This document shows positions 19,286 through 29,325 of a stretch of DNA of 64,000 nucleotides, in pieces. The translations under genes and the position numbers were made by a program. Origin of the DNA: Myxococcota bacterium (GTDB lineage Bacteria; Myxococcota_A; UBA9160; JAFDDA01). The notes below the pieces were generated by a model. The model saw only the letters and a list, made by a program, of their open reading frames with translations. It did no database searches and was not told the DNA's origin. The stretch lies in NCBI GenBank assembly GCA_965228475.1, contig OZ245817.1, forward strand, positions 1,984,001 to 2,048,000, written 5' to 3'. Each line of letters begins with the position of its first letter. Within the stretch, counting starts at the first letter, position 1.

Positions 19286-20017
19286 ATGGCGAACGGCGTG
19301 ATCGTGGTGGGTGTGGGCGCGAGTGCGGGGGTCGGCGGCGCGCTGTGCCGGCGCTTCGGGCGCGAGGGGCTGCACGTGTTTCCTGCGGGGCGAACCGGGG
19401 CGAACCTCGAAGCGGCCGCGGAAGAGGTCCGCCAGGCCGGGGGAGAGGCCACGCCCGTGGTCACGGATGCGACGGACCCCGCGGCGGTCTCGGCGCTCTT
19501 CGACCGCGTCGAAGTGGAGACCGGCGCGCCGCCGGAGGTGGTCCTCTACAACGCGGGGAACAACGCCTTCGGGAACCTCGCGGAGATGACCGAGGCTTTC
19601 TTCGAGGATCTCTGGCGGGTGTGCGCCTTCGGCGGTTTCCTGGTGGGCCGCGAGGTCGCGCGCCGCATGGCACCGGCCGGGCGCGGCACGGTGATCTTCA
19701 CCGGAGCCACGGCCTCGCTGCGTGCGCGGCCGCCCTTCACCGCGTTTGCCTCCGCCAAGGCCGCCGAGCGAGCCTTGGCCGCCGGCATGGCGCGCGAGTT
19801 CGGCCCGCAAGGCATCCACGTCGCCCACGTGATCATCGACGGGATCATCGATGGCGAGAAGGTGGCCTCGCGCTTCCCGCAGCTGATCTCGGACCGCGGC
19901 CCCGACGGCGTCCTCGACCCGGACGCCATCGCCGACGCCTTCTACGGCCTGCACGCGCAGCCGCGCAGCGCCTGGACCTTCGAGCTCGACCTGCGGCCCT
20001 ACAAGGAGGTGTTCTAG
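19286..20017 (+). CDS. Short-chain dehydrogenase/reductase
   Basis: VVGVGASAGVG, YNAG, FTGATAS.R, GIHVAHVIIDG; GGAGG RBS. Confidence 0.9.
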   Translation: MANGVIVVGVGASAGVGGALCRRFGREGLHVFPAGRTGANLEAAAEEVRQAGGEATPVVTDATDPAAVSALFDRVEVETGAPPEVVLYNAGNNAFGNLAEMTEAFFEDLWRVCAFGGFLVGREVARRMAPAGRGTVIFTGATASLRARPPFTAFASAKAAERALAAGMAREFGPQGIHVAHVIIDGIIDGEKVASRFPQLISDRGPDGVLDPDAIADAFYGLHAQPRSAWTFELDLRPYKEVF

Positions 20018-20703
20018 CCGGAGGCGGCGACGCCGTCGATGAACTGCCGCGTGGTTTCGGCGAGCTCTTCGAGGACGTCGTCGTCGCTGCGTCCGGTGCG
20101 CTTCGGGACGTGGAAGCCGTGGTCGGCCTCCTTGATCACGTGGAGCCGCGCACGCCGCCCGAAGCCCGCGACCAGGGGCTCGAGCAGCTCGAGGCTCGCG
20201 AGCTTGTCGCGGCTGCCCTGGAGGAAGAGGAGCGGGCCATCGGTCTCGGCCAGGTGCTCGGCCCGCTCGGTCGAGGGAGGCTTGCCGGCCGCGTGGAGCG
20301 GGAAGCCGAAGAAGACGAGGCCGCGGACCGGGAGCGGCGCCTCGGCCGCGCGGAGCGACGTCATCCGGCCGCCCATCGACTTCCCCCCGGCGAACAGCGG
20401 AAGCCCGTCGGCGAGCGCTCGTGCACGCTCGACGGCGGCGCCGACGGTCGCCACGAGGGTCTTCCCCGGGTTCGGGGCCCGGCGTCCCGCCTCGCTGTAC
20501 GGGAACTGATATCGCAGGGTCGCGATCTTCCGCCGGGCCAGGGCCAGGGCCGCGGCCTCCATGAAGGCATGGTGCATGTCGGCGCCGGCCCCGTGGGCGA
20601 GGGCGAGCGCCGCGGTGGCACCGCGTGGGCGGAGCCAGAGCGCCGAGACTTCGCCGTGGCGCTCGTCGACGGGAATGCGCAGAGATTTCGCCTTCGGGGC
20701 CAT
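20014..20703 (-). CDS. Alpha/beta hydrolase (Tex30/KANL3-like)
   Basis: LAHGAG, GGKSMGGR, GFPLH, QGSRD, ADHGF. Confidence 0.88.
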   Translation of the reverse strand: MAPKAKSLRIPVDERHGEVSALWLRPRGATAALALAHGAGADMHHAFMEAAALALARRKIATLRYQFPYSEAGRRAPNPGKTLVATVGAAVERARALADGLPLFAGGKSMGGRMTSLRAAEAPLPVRGLVFFGFPLHAAGKPPSTERAEHLAETDGPLLFLQGSRDKLASLELLEPLVAGFGRRARLHVIKEADHGFHVPKRTGRSDDDVLEELAETTRQFIDGVAASG

Positions 20704-20737
20704 GGGTCGGACGCTACCACGGTACCCTCCGGCCCCG

Positions 20738-21496
20738 ATGGCGTGGCTCCCGAAGATCCTGCAGACGCTGGCGTTCTCGAGTCTCTGGGTGGCGGCCGCG
20801 GCGTGCGCCCTGTGCGCCGCCGCCGGCCGGGCGATGGCGATCGAGGTCGCGCCGGCGGTGATGGGGCTCGTCTTCGCGGGAACCCTCGTCGTCTACAACG
20901 TAGATCGGCTGCGCGACCTCGAGCGCGACCGGGCCTCGGCGCCGCTGCGCACGGCCTTCGTCGAACGGCACGAGCTCGTCTTGACCCTGGTGTGTTGGGT
21001 GGGCGCCGGGGTGGCGGTCTTCTGTGGGCTCGCGGTCGGCGCGATGGCGGTGCTGGCCCTCGTGCCCGTCGGCCTGCTCGGCTTCTTCCACCGGCGGGCG
21101 AAGCGCTACTCGGCGCTCAAGGCGGCCTACATCACGCTCGCCTGGTTGATGGTCGTGGTCGCCTTTCCGGCGGTCGCGGCGGCCGAAGCGCACTCTCCGG
21201 CGGCGGTCGCCTGGGTGCTCGGGCTCGGGCTCCTCGCGAATGCCCTGGCCTCGAACGTCGATGCGCCGGGCTCCCGGGGGCTTGCCCTCGCCCGGGGCGT
21301 GGCCGTCCTCGGCGTGCTCTCGGCCTTCCTGGCCCCGGCCGGCGTCTGGCCCCTGGCGAGCGTCCCGCTCGCGGTCGCGTGGGCCCTCGTCCGCTTCGAG
21401 CCGGAAGAGCGCCATCGGCTGATCGTCCTCGACGGCGCGCTCCTCTGGGGCGGCCTCGCCGCCTTCCTGGTCGCGCCCCTCGTTCACGGCGGCTGA
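20738..21496 (+). CDS. Integral membrane protein, UbiA-prenyltransferase-like
   Basis: Multiple TM helices; YNVDRLRDLERD acidic motif after a TM helix. Confidence 0.5.
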   Translation: MAWLPKILQTLAFSSLWVAAAACALCAAAGRAMAIEVAPAVMGLVFAGTLVVYNVDRLRDLERDRASAPLRTAFVERHELVLTLVCWVGAGVAVFCGLAVGAMAVLALVPVGLLGFFHRRAKRYSALKAAYITLAWLMVVVAFPAVAAAEAHSPAAVAWVLGLGLLANALASNVDAPGSRGLALARGVAVLGVLSAFLAPAGVWPLASVPLAVAWALVRFEPEERHRLIVLDGALLWGGLAAFLVAPLVHGG

Positions 21497-21506
21497 GGGC
21501 GCCTCC

Positions 21507-22196
21507 TCAGACGGGAATGAGGCCGCCGCGAACCGTGGCGCCGGCATCGCTCGCGAGGAAGGCGACCACGTCGGCGATCTCGGCCGGCGGGGTCCACGCG
21601 TCGAAGTCGGCATCCGGCATGGCGGCGCGATTCGCGGGCGTGTCGATCGTGGTCGGAACGACCGCGTTCACGCGGATTCCGTGCGCGCCGAGCTCGGCCT
21701 GGAGGGTGCGGGTCAGGACGGCGACGCCGGCCTTCGAGATCGAGTAGGCGGCGAGCCCGGCCGGTGCGTCGCTCGCGGCCTGGGAAGCCACGGAGACGAT
21801 CACCCCCGCGCCACGATCGATCATGCCGGGTGCACAGGCCCGGGCCATGGCCGCGGCGGTTCGGACGTTCATTCGGAACATCGCGTCGAGCAGGTCGAGG
21901 TCCGCCTCGTGCAGGGGGTCACCGCCGCCGAAGCCGCCCGCGGCGTTCACGAGCACGCGGACCTCGCCGGCGGCTTCGGCCGCGGCGGCCGCGCCCGCCG
22001 CTTCGGCGATGTCCGCCTGGAGCAGGTGGAGCGTCTCCTTCGCGAGGGGTTCGGCATGGCTCGCTTCCATGCGTTCGCGCTCGGCCTCGAGGATCCAGGG
22101 CACGACGACCCGCGCCCCTGCGGCCAGGGCGCGATCGACGATGGCACTCCCGAGGGCGCCGGTCCCGCCCGTCACGATCCACGTGTCCTGCTCCAT
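21507..22196 (-). CDS. Short-chain dehydrogenase/reductase
   Basis: [13 protein letters not shown] (YxxxK), [10 protein letters not shown]. Confidence 0.9.
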   Translation of the reverse strand: MEQDTWIVTGGTGALGSAIVDRALAAGARVVVPWILEAERERMEASHAEPLAKETLHLLQADIAEAAGAAAAAEAAGEVRVLVNAAGGFGGGDPLHEADLDLLDAMFRMNVRTAAAMARACAPGMIDRGAGVIVSVASQAASDAPAGLAAYSISKAGVAVLTRTLQAELGAHGIRVNAVVPTTIDTPANRAAMPDADFDAWTPPAEIADVVAFLASDAGATVRGGLIPV

Positions 22197-22266
22197 GGTG
22201 TGTTCCTCGTTTCGTTTCGTGGTGCGCGCGCTCGTCCGCGGGGTCCGCGGCTCGGCGCGCGGTGGT

Positions 22267-22983
22267 TCAAGCGGGCCCGAGGGCCAGGCCGGCGGCGCGG
22301 GCGGCCAGGGCGCGCACCGCGGGGTCCGGGTCCCGCGCGGCCGCTTCTTCCAGGCGCGCCGCGATCGCGGCCCGCGCGCCGTTGCCCCCGGGCGCGCCGG
22401 AGGCCAGGGACGGAAGGGTGGTGATCGCGGCGCGCCGGAGGCTCGGGTCTTCCGAGCGGGATGCGGCCAGGAGGGCTTCGTGGGTTTCCGGGCGTTCCGG
22501 CGCCAGGTCGCGCAGGCAGAAGAGGGCCATCCGCCGGACGGACGGCGTCTCTCCGGCGTGGACGAGACCGGTCACGATGGGCAGGACCTCGGCGTGGAGC
22601 CGCCCGGTCGCTGCGAGCAGCCGCGCCGCCTCCCACGCCGTTTCCTGGGAGGGGCTGTCGAGCGCCTCGACCAGGGCGGGAATCAAGCGCGGCGCGGGCG
22701 GGGCCAGCTCGGCGAGGATGCGGGCGGCCTCGAAGCGCGCGAGGGGATCGTCGCCTCGCAGCGCCTCGCGCAGGAGCGGATCGACCTCCGCGTGGCGTTG
22801 GCCGAGCGCCGCGAGGGTGTCGCCCGCGGCGCGGCGCACCCGCGCCGCGTCGTCCGCGAGCGCGCCGACCAGGGCATCGAGGAAGAGCACGGCCGAGGGG
22901 TCTTCGAGCGCCGCACGGCAAGCGGCCCGGCGCTCGGGTTCCTCCGCGGTCCGGAGCGTCTCGTGCCAGGCCGGCGCGTTCAC
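22267..22983 (-). CDS. HEAT-repeat protein
   Basis: Repeated L.D....VRR.A helical units. Confidence 0.7.
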   Translation of the reverse strand: MNAPAWHETLRTAEEPERRAACRAALEDPSAVLFLDALVGALADDAARVRRAAGDTLAALGQRHAEVDPLLREALRGDDPLARFEAARILAELAPPAPRLIPALVEALDSPSQETAWEAARLLAATGRLHAEVLPIVTGLVHAGETPSVRRMALFCLRDLAPERPETHEALLAASRSEDPSLRRAAITTLPSLASGAPGGNGARAAIAARLEEAAARDPDPAVRALAARAAGLALGPA

Positions 22984-22993
22984 CTCGGAGACC

Positions 22994-23887
22994 TCACGCG
23001 AGGCTCCAGGTGGCCTTCCGCGCATCGCCGTCGCCCTCGGCCCGTGCGCGCCCCTCGTCGCGAAGCTTGATCAGGTGCGAGCTGACCGAGAGCTCCGCCG
23101 CCTTGTGCAGGACCTCCGGCACGTCCGTGTAGACCCGCGCGACGATCTCGGGGACGCCTGCCGCGCCCTGCTCGAGGGCCGCGACGATCTGCCGCTCGCG
23201 ATCGTCGCGGTGAGCCCGGTACTCGCGAATCTTGCCCGGGCCGTCCTCGATGCAGGGCCCGTGGGCGGGATAGATGCGCCCGGCGGGCTCCTCGAGGAGG
23301 CGCGCCAGGGAGTTCATGTAGTCGAGCAGGGAGCCGCTCTCGTAGGGGATCACCGTGGTGCCGACGCCGAGCACGTTGTCGCCGGAGAAGATCGCGTCCT
23401 CCTCCTCGAGGGCGAAACAGAGATGGTCCGGGGCGTGCCCCGGGGTGTGGATCGCGCGCAGCGTCGCGCCGTCGGTTTCGATCCGGTCGCCGTCGTCGAT
23501 GGCGGTGCGGGGGAAGTCGTAGCGTTCGTCGTTGCCGGGCCACGGCCGTTTCGAGACGCGCAGCGGGCCGAAGCGCTCGAGGATCGGCCCGACGCCGCCC
23601 ATGTGATCCGGGTGGCCGTGGGTGAGCACGATCTCCTGGATGCCTTCGCAGCCCGCGCGCTCGAGTGCGGCCTCGAGCACGTCGAGGTACTCGGGCACGC
23701 CCTGGCCCGGGTCGAGCAGGATGCGCCGCGGTCCGGTGCCGACGAGGAAGGTGTTTGTCCCGGGCCCGGTGAAGAGGCTCGGGTTCTGGCCGAGGGCCAC
23801 CACGACCCGATCGGACCAGACGTCGACGTCGGCCATCTCGAGGCCGATCATCGTGTTGCCGCTCGGACTTCCTCCGCTCCCGGCCAT
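22994..23887 (-). CDS. Metallo-beta-lactamase fold hydrolase (LACTB2-like)
   Basis: NPS.FT..GTNT, THGHPDH, HTPGHA.DH, FSGD, YPAHG; GGAGG RBS. Confidence 0.9.
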   Translation of the reverse strand: MAGSGGSPSGNTMIGLEMADVDVWSDRVVVALGQNPSLFTGPGTNTFLVGTGPRRILLDPGQGVPEYLDVLEAALERAGCEGIQEIVLTHGHPDHMGGVGPILERFGPLRVSKRPWPGNDERYDFPRTAIDDGDRIETDGATLRAIHTPGHAPDHLCFALEEEDAIFSGDNVLGVGTTVIPYESGSLLDYMNSLARLLEEPAGRIYPAHGPCIEDGPGKIREYRAHRDDRERQIVAALEQGAAGVPEIVARVYTDVPEVLHKAAELSVSSHLIKLRDEGRARAEGDGDARKATWSLA

Positions 23888-23899
23888 GGCGAACCTCCG

Positions 23900-25252
23900 C
23901 TACTCGCCCGCCACGGTCATGCGGGAGACCCGCAGCGAGGGGGCGGCGACGCGGCCGAGCCAGAGCAGGTCGCTCCCGACGACGTCGATGTCCGTGAGCA
24001 TCTGGCCGAGGTTGCCGGCGATGGTGATCTCCTCGACCGGGAAGGCCAGGGCGCCGTCTTCGATCCACATGCCCGAAGCGCCGCGCGAGAAGTCGCCGGT
24101 CACCGCGTTGAAGCCCTGGCCGAAGAGGCCCGTCACGAGCAGGCCGCGGGGCGTGTCCGCGATGATCTCCTCGAGGCTCGCCGTGCCGGGCTCGAGCCAG
24201 AGGTTCGTGGCGCCGACGCCCGGGCCGCTCCCGACCCCGCGCGCGGCGTTGCCGGTCGAGACCAGGCCGAGCTTGCGCGCGGAGTAGGTGTCGAGCAGGT
24301 AGGTCTCGAGCCGTCCCTCCTGGACCACGACGTTGCGGCGCGTCGGGAGTCCTTCGCCGTCGAAGGGCTTGCTGCCGAGGCCGCCGGGCAGCCGCCCGTC
24401 GTCGATCACCGTGACCTTCGGGCTCGCGATCCCCTCGCCCACGCGGCCGGCCAGAAAGCTCGACTGGCGATAGACCGAGTAGCCCGAGAGGCAGCCGACG
24501 AGGTTGCCGACCAGGCCGCGCGCCGTCATCGGGTCGAACACCACCGGGACTTCGCAGGTCGGGACCCGCCGGGCGCCGAGCCGGCCGAGGGCGCGCTCGG
24601 CGGCGCGGCGGCCGACCGCGTCCGGCGCTTCGAGGTCCGCCAGGCGCCGCGCGACGCTCATCCAGTAGTCCGTCTGCATGCCGCCCTCGTCCTTCGCGAC
24701 GGGCATGCAGGAGAGGCCGTGGTTGGCGCTCTCGTACCCGGCGAGCACGCCGGCGCTGTTGGCGAAGTGGACGGTCGAGAAGCTCGAGGAGGCCTCGGAG
24801 CCCTCCGAGTTGGCGATGCGATCGTCGAGCGCCCGGGCCGCCTGCTCTGCGGCGCGGGCTCCCTCGATGTGGTTCTCGACGGAGACGCTCCGGTCGCCGC
24901 CGTCGACGAGGCCGAGCTCGGGAACCGAGTCGACGAAGCCGCCGTCGGGCAGGCCGGCGTGGGGGTCGCGGGCCGTGGCCCGGGCCAGGGCGACGGTCTC
25001 CTCGGCCATGCGGCCGATCGCGTCCTCGCTGAGGTCGCTCGTCGAGGTCACCGCGACCGAGCGGCCGTCGCCGTTGCCGTGGAAGGCGCGGATGCCGAGC
25101 CCGCGCTCGCGCGCCTGCTTCACGAAATCGATCTCGCGGTCGCGCACGCGCGCTTCGACGGAGTCGCTCTCGACGGCCACGGCGTCCGCGGCCACGGCGC
25201 CCGCGGCGAGCGCCCGCTCGACGGCGAGCGCGACGGCTTCGCGTCCGTTCAT
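23900..25252 (-). CDS. pmbA: TldE/PmbA peptidase-complex subunit
   Basis: PFDGEG, STGNA, GDFSRGASG, EEITIAGNL; coupled to tldD. Confidence 0.9.
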   Translation of the reverse strand: MNGREAVALAVERALAAGAVAADAVAVESDSVEARVRDREIDFVKQARERGLGIRAFHGNGDGRSVAVTSTSDLSEDAIGRMAEETVALARATARDPHAGLPDGGFVDSVPELGLVDGGDRSVSVENHIEGARAAEQAARALDDRIANSEGSEASSSFSTVHFANSAGVLAGYESANHGLSCMPVAKDEGGMQTDYWMSVARRLADLEAPDAVGRRAAERALGRLGARRVPTCEVPVVFDPMTARGLVGNLVGCLSGYSVYRQSSFLAGRVGEGIASPKVTVIDDGRLPGGLGSKPFDGEGLPTRRNVVVQEGRLETYLLDTYSARKLGLVSTGNAARGVGSGPGVGATNLWLEPGTASLEEIIADTPRGLLVTGLFGQGFNAVTGDFSRGASGMWIEDGALAFPVEEITIAGNLGQMLTDIDVVGSDLLWLGRVAAPSLRVSRMTVAGE

Positions 25253-26682
25253 CCTTCGGTCCCGCCGACGGTGAGCTCGTTGATGCGGATGGTCGGCATG
25301 CCCACGCCCACCGGGACGCCCTGGCCGTCCTTGCCGCAGGTTCCGATCCCGGGGTCGAGGGCGAGGTCGTTCCCGATGTGGCTGATGCGGGTAAGGGCGT
25401 CCGGGCCGTTTCCGATCAGCGTGGCGCCCTTCACGGGCGCACCGAGCTGGCCGTTCTCGATCCGGTAGGCCTCGTTCGCCGAGAACACGAACTTGCCGCT
25501 GGTGATGTCGACCTGGCCGCCGCCGAAGGAGACCGCGTAGATGCCGTTCTCGACGCTCTTCAGGATCTCCTCGGGGTCGTCCTGGCCCGCGAGCATGAAG
25601 GTGTTGGTCATGCGCGGCATGGGCAGGTGGGCGTAGCTCTCGCGCCGCCCGTTGCCCGTGGGCTCGACGCCCATCAGCCTCGCGTTCAGCCGGTCCTGCA
25701 TGTAGCCGACGAGGATGCCGTCCTCGATCAGGACCGTGCGGGACGTGGCCGTCCCCTCGTCGTCGACGTTCAGGGAGCCGCGGCGCTCGGCGATCGTGCC
25801 GTCGTCGATCACGGTGACGCCCGGCGCGGCGACGCGTTCGCCGATGCGGCCGGCGAAGGCGGAGGTGCCCTTGCGGTTGAAGTCGCCTTCGAGGCCGTGG
25901 CCGACCGCCTCGTGGAGCAGGATGCCGGGCCAGCCCGGTCCGAGCACCACGTCGAGGGTGCCGGCGGGGCAGGGCTGCGCCTCGAGGTTCAGGGTCGCGA
26001 CGCGGACGGCTTCGTCGACCAGGGGCTTCCAGGCGTCGGCTTCGAGCAGGCGCGAGAGTTCGAAGCGTCCGCCCGTGCCTTCGACCGCGGCTTCGCGCCG
26101 GTCGCCGTCCGCCGCGATCACCTGGACGTTCAGCCGCACGAGGGGCCGTACGTCGCCGACGAAGGTGCCGTCGCTCGCGGCGATCATCACGTGCCGGTGC
26201 TGGGAGTTCACGCTCGCCATGACCTGGGCCACGCGCGGGTCGCGCGCCCGGGCGTAGGCGTCGATCTCCGAGAGGAGCGCGATCTTGTCCGCGACGGGGA
26301 CGTCGGTCGGGGGCGTGGCCACCGGATAGAGGTCGCTCGTGTCGGCGCCGCTCCGCACCGCGACGTTCGGCGTGCGGGCGCTGCCCTCGGAGATGGCGCG
26401 CGCCGTGGTCGCGGCGAGCTCGACGCTTTCGAGCGAGATCTCGTCGGCGTGGGCGTATCCCTGGCGTTCGCCCTGCTGGACACGGACGCCGAGGCCCTGG
26501 TCCAGATGACGGGTGCCGTTCTTGACGATGCCCTCCTCGAGCACCACCGAATCCTCGACGGCGTACTCGAAGAAGAGGTCGGCGTGGTCGACGGGACGCG
26601 CCAGCGCGGCACCGAGACCGGCCTCGACGCCCGCGTCGTCGATGCCGAAACGCTCGCGAAAGAATCCCACCGCTCGGGTCAA
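25249..26682 (-). CDS. tldD: Metalloprotease TldD
   Basis: GWPGILLHEAVGHGLEGDFNRK, PMPRMTNT, GTCGKDGQ.VPVG. Confidence 0.95.
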   Translation of the reverse strand: MTRAVGFFRERFGIDDAGVEAGLGAALARPVDHADLFFEYAVEDSVVLEEGIVKNGTRHLDQGLGVRVQQGERQGYAHADEISLESVELAATTARAISEGSARTPNVAVRSGADTSDLYPVATPPTDVPVADKIALLSEIDAYARARDPRVAQVMASVNSQHRHVMIAASDGTFVGDVRPLVRLNVQVIAADGDRREAAVEGTGGRFELSRLLEADAWKPLVDEAVRVATLNLEAQPCPAGTLDVVLGPGWPGILLHEAVGHGLEGDFNRKGTSAFAGRIGERVAAPGVTVIDDGTIAERRGSLNVDDEGTATSRTVLIEDGILVGYMQDRLNARLMGVEPTGNGRRESYAHLPMPRMTNTFMLAGQDDPEEILKSVENGIYAVSFGGGQVDITSGKFVFSANEAYRIENGQLGAPVKGATLIGNGPDALTRISHIGNDLALDPGIGTCGKDGQGVPVGVGMPTIRINELTVGGTEG

Positions 26683-27389
26683 GCTTCACCCCTCTCGAGT
26701 GCGCGCAGGTGCGCCGGAAGAGCGTGCAAGGTAGCAGGGGGAACGAGCGGGAAGGCGTGGAGGCCCGCTGCGCGCGCGGCCTCCGCGTCCTGCCCGGGGT
26801 CGTCGCCGACGTGGAGGGCCGCTTCCGGCCCGACCCGGAGGTGCGCGAGTAGGGTCGTGAAGAAACCCGTATCGGGCTTCGCGGCGAGGGCCCGGGCCGG
26901 GGTCCACGCGGCTTCGAAAAACCCATCCAAACCGAGCCCTTGGAGGACACCTCCGAGGCGGTGGTCGAAGTTCGACGCGAGGGCCAGACGGCGGCCGTCG
27001 GCGGCCAGGGCGGCCAGTATCTCGATCGCCCCCTCGGCGCACTGCCAGGCCCCGGCCTGCGCATAGTGCGCGAACAGCTCGTCGAAGAACGCGTCGAAGT
27101 CCGTGAACCGGACGGTCTGGTCCGTCGCCTTGAACGTCTCGCGCACGCGAGCACGCCACCACGCGCGTTCGAGCCCCGGCACCTCGGCGTCCGCGGCCTC
27201 CGGGAACACCATGGCGGGAGCGCGGGCCAGGATGCGTCGGAAGCCATCGTCGACCCGCCAGGCCGGAAGCTCCACGCCGTAGCGCCGCGCCGCGCGCGCG
27301 TAGGTCTCGCCGACGCTTTCGCGCAGGGTGAACACCGTGCCGACCGCGTCGAAGGTGACGAGTTCGATTGACGGCGGCGCTGGCTTCAC
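26679..27389 (-). CDS. HAD-superfamily hydrolase (HDHD3/REG-2-like)
   Basis: FDAVGT, SNFD.RL, KPD..F, HVGDD..QD. Confidence 0.88.
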   Translation of the reverse strand: MKPAPPSIELVTFDAVGTVFTLRESVGETYARAARRYGVELPAWRVDDGFRRILARAPAMVFPEAADAEVPGLERAWWRARVRETFKATDQTVRFTDFDAFFDELFAHYAQAGAWQCAEGAIEILAALAADGRRLALASNFDHRLGGVLQGLGLDGFFEAAWTPARALAAKPDTGFFTTLLAHLRVGPEAALHVGDDPGQDAEAARAAGLHAFPLVPPATLHALPAHLRALERGEA

Positions 27390-28330
27390 GCCGGGCGCCG
27401 GCCGCAGGCGATGAAGGTTCGCGGGAGCTCCTGGGCGCCCGGCTCCGGGGCCAGGGTGAGTTCGACCTCTTCGAGGCCGGCCTCTTCGAGCCACGCCCGG
27501 ACGGCGTCGGTCTCGAAGCCCAGCCAGACCACGCCGAGCTCGTCGCGCATCCACTCGCGGTCGTGGCGTTCGAAGTCGACCAGGACGACCTGGCCTCCCG
27601 GGCGAACGATGCGGGCCATCTCGGCGATGCCCGCGGCGGGCGACTCCACGTAGTGGAGGACCATGTGGGCGAAGGCCGCATCGACCTCGCCGTCCTCGAG
27701 CGGCAGCGCTTCGAGCGTGCCTTCGCGGAGCTCGATGCGCGCGGCTTCGCTCCCGCTGAGGTTCGCGCGCGCGGCGTCGAGCATGCGCGGGGAGTGATCG
27801 ACCGCGACCACCGAGAGGCCGAGGCCTGCGAGCTCCCGGGCCAGGACGCCGGTGCCGGTGCCGACGTCGGCGACGCGCAGCCCGCTCGGGACGAGCCGCG
27901 CGACGGCGCGGGCCCGCAGCGCCTCGTCGTTGAAGACCTTGCGCAGGGCGTCCCACTCCGGGCCGACGGCGTCGAAGAAGGCCCGCGTGCGCGACTTGCG
28001 CGTGTCGCGGTAGGCGGCGAGGGCGGCCATGTCCCGCTCGCCGGCCGGGTCGTCGCTGCGCGCCTCGGCCGCCAGCGCCCAGGCGGCGCGCCAGGCCTCG
28101 GGCAGGTCCGGGTTCATGCGGTAGAAGACGAAGGTCCCGTCGCGCCGGTCCGAGATCAGCCCCGCCTCGCGCAGGATCGCCAGGTGCCGCGAGACCCGGG
28201 ATTGCGCCATGCCGAGGACCGCCATCAAGTCCTGGACGGCGAGCTCCTCGCTCTCGAGCAGCGCCAGGACCCGGATGCGCGTCGGGTCGGCGAGGGTCTT
28301 GAAGATCTTCTGGACGTCGTCGATCGACAC
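27386..28330 (-). CDS. ArsR-family HTH fused to a SAM-dependent methyltransferase domain (SahR-like architecture)
   Basis: FKTLADPTRIR, QSRVSRHL; DVGTGTG, HMVLHY. Confidence 0.88.
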   Translation of the reverse strand: MSIDDVQKIFKTLADPTRIRVLALLESEELAVQDLMAVLGMAQSRVSRHLAILREAGLISDRRDGTFVFYRMNPDLPEAWRAAWALAAEARSDDPAGERDMAALAAYRDTRKSRTRAFFDAVGPEWDALRKVFNDEALRARAVARLVPSGLRVADVGTGTGVLARELAGLGLSVVAVDHSPRMLDAARANLSGSEAARIELREGTLEALPLEDGEVDAAFAHMVLHYVESPAAGIAEMARIVRPGGQVVLVDFERHDREWMRDELGVVWLGFETDAVRAWLEEAGLEEVELTLAPEPGAQELPRTFIACGRRPA

Positions 28331-28355
28331 GTTCGAAAGCCTACACCGGATGGAG

Positions 28356-28377
28356 CGTCCCCGGACGTCCGGGGACG
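28356..28377. promoter_or_regulatory. 22-bp perfect palindrome upstream of the ArsR gene (candidate operator or hairpin)
   Basis: cgtccccggac|gtccggggacg, overlapping the predicted -35 region. Confidence 0.5.
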
Positions 28378-28403
28378 TTCTCGCGCTAGCGGCCTCCGGA
28401 TCC

Positions 28404-29291
28404 CTAGCGGACGACGGGCGCCGCGAGGTTCCCGCGGATCTTCAGGTCGACCGTCCCGTCCTGCCCGAGGCGGATGCCCGCCGAGCGGAACGCCGGCCGC
28501 AGGTTCGGATCGCTGACCGAGAGGTGCACGTCGATCTGGAGGGGCGCGAGGAGCAGCGTCGGGCTCGGCCCGGTTCCGCCCTTCACCGTGGCGGAGACCA
28601 GGGGGCCGTCGAGGGCCACGTCCTCGAAGGTCACGCTGCCGTCCTCCGCGAAGATCAGCTCCCCGGCGAAGCGGTCGTAGGGCACGGCCAGGGGCATGCG
28701 CGGCGGGGCTACCGAACCCTCGCGGGAGGCGAACTTCACCTGGCCGACCGGCCGGCCCGCGACGAGTACGACGTCGCCGGTGAGATCGAGCTCGCCATCG
28801 ACCTGGGCGCCGCGCAGGAGCCCTTCGAGGGGGAGTTCGCCGAGGGCGACGCCGCGCAGCTCGCCGTCGAAGGAGGGCGCGTCGCCGGCGGCGAAGGCGC
28901 CGTCGATGGCGCCGAGGTCCGAGTCGGCGTCGACGTGGAAGGCCGGCTCTCCGGCGAGCCAGGAGGCGGAGACCGCCGGGCGCAGCTTGGCGCGCGAGAT
29001 CGTGGCCTTGCGCCCGTCCCGGAAGCGGATGCGGACGTCGCTCGCGACGAAGGCGGGACCCGTGAGGCCGATCGAGGGCTCGAGGCCGGCGATGTCGACC
29101 TCGGCATCGAGGGCCACGCCGGCCTGCCGGGCCAGGGTGCTCTTGAAGCGGTCGAAGGGGAACTGGAGGAAGACGAAGAAGACGACCAGCACGATGGTCG
29201 CGAGCGGCACGCCGAGCACGAGCAGCCAGCGCGGGAAACGGGGCTCTCGCCCGGCGCTGCGGGCAGGCTTCGAGGGGGAGGGGTCACTCAT
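28404..29291 (-). CDS. gspN: Type II secretion protein N
   Basis: TM helix then FP.D motif and a beta-rich body; last gene of the gsp cluster. Confidence 0.75.
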   Translation of the reverse strand: MSDPSPSKPARSAGREPRFPRWLLVLGVPLATIVLVVFFVFLQFPFDRFKSTLARQAGVALDAEVDIAGLEPSIGLTGPAFVASDVRIRFRDGRKATISRAKLRPAVSASWLAGEPAFHVDADSDLGAIDGAFAAGDAPSFDGELRGVALGELPLEGLLRGAQVDGELDLTGDVVLVAGRPVGQVKFASREGSVAPPRMPLAVPYDRFAGELIFAEDGSVTFEDVALDGPLVSATVKGGTGPSPTLLLAPLQIDVHLSVSDPNLRPAFRSAGIRLGQDGTVDLKIRGNLAAPVVR

Positions 29292-29325
29292 GGTTCAGGC
29301 GTTCGTGGGGGGCGGGTTCGACATC

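Noticed and set aside
16764..23887. Antibiotic-resistance call for the beta-lactamase-fold genes
   Set aside because: Motifs fit a general esterase and a LACTB2-like hydrolase, with no evident signal peptides.
23900..26682. RiPP biosynthetic cluster around tldD/pmbA
   Set aside because: No precursor peptide, YcaO or other modifying enzymes nearby.
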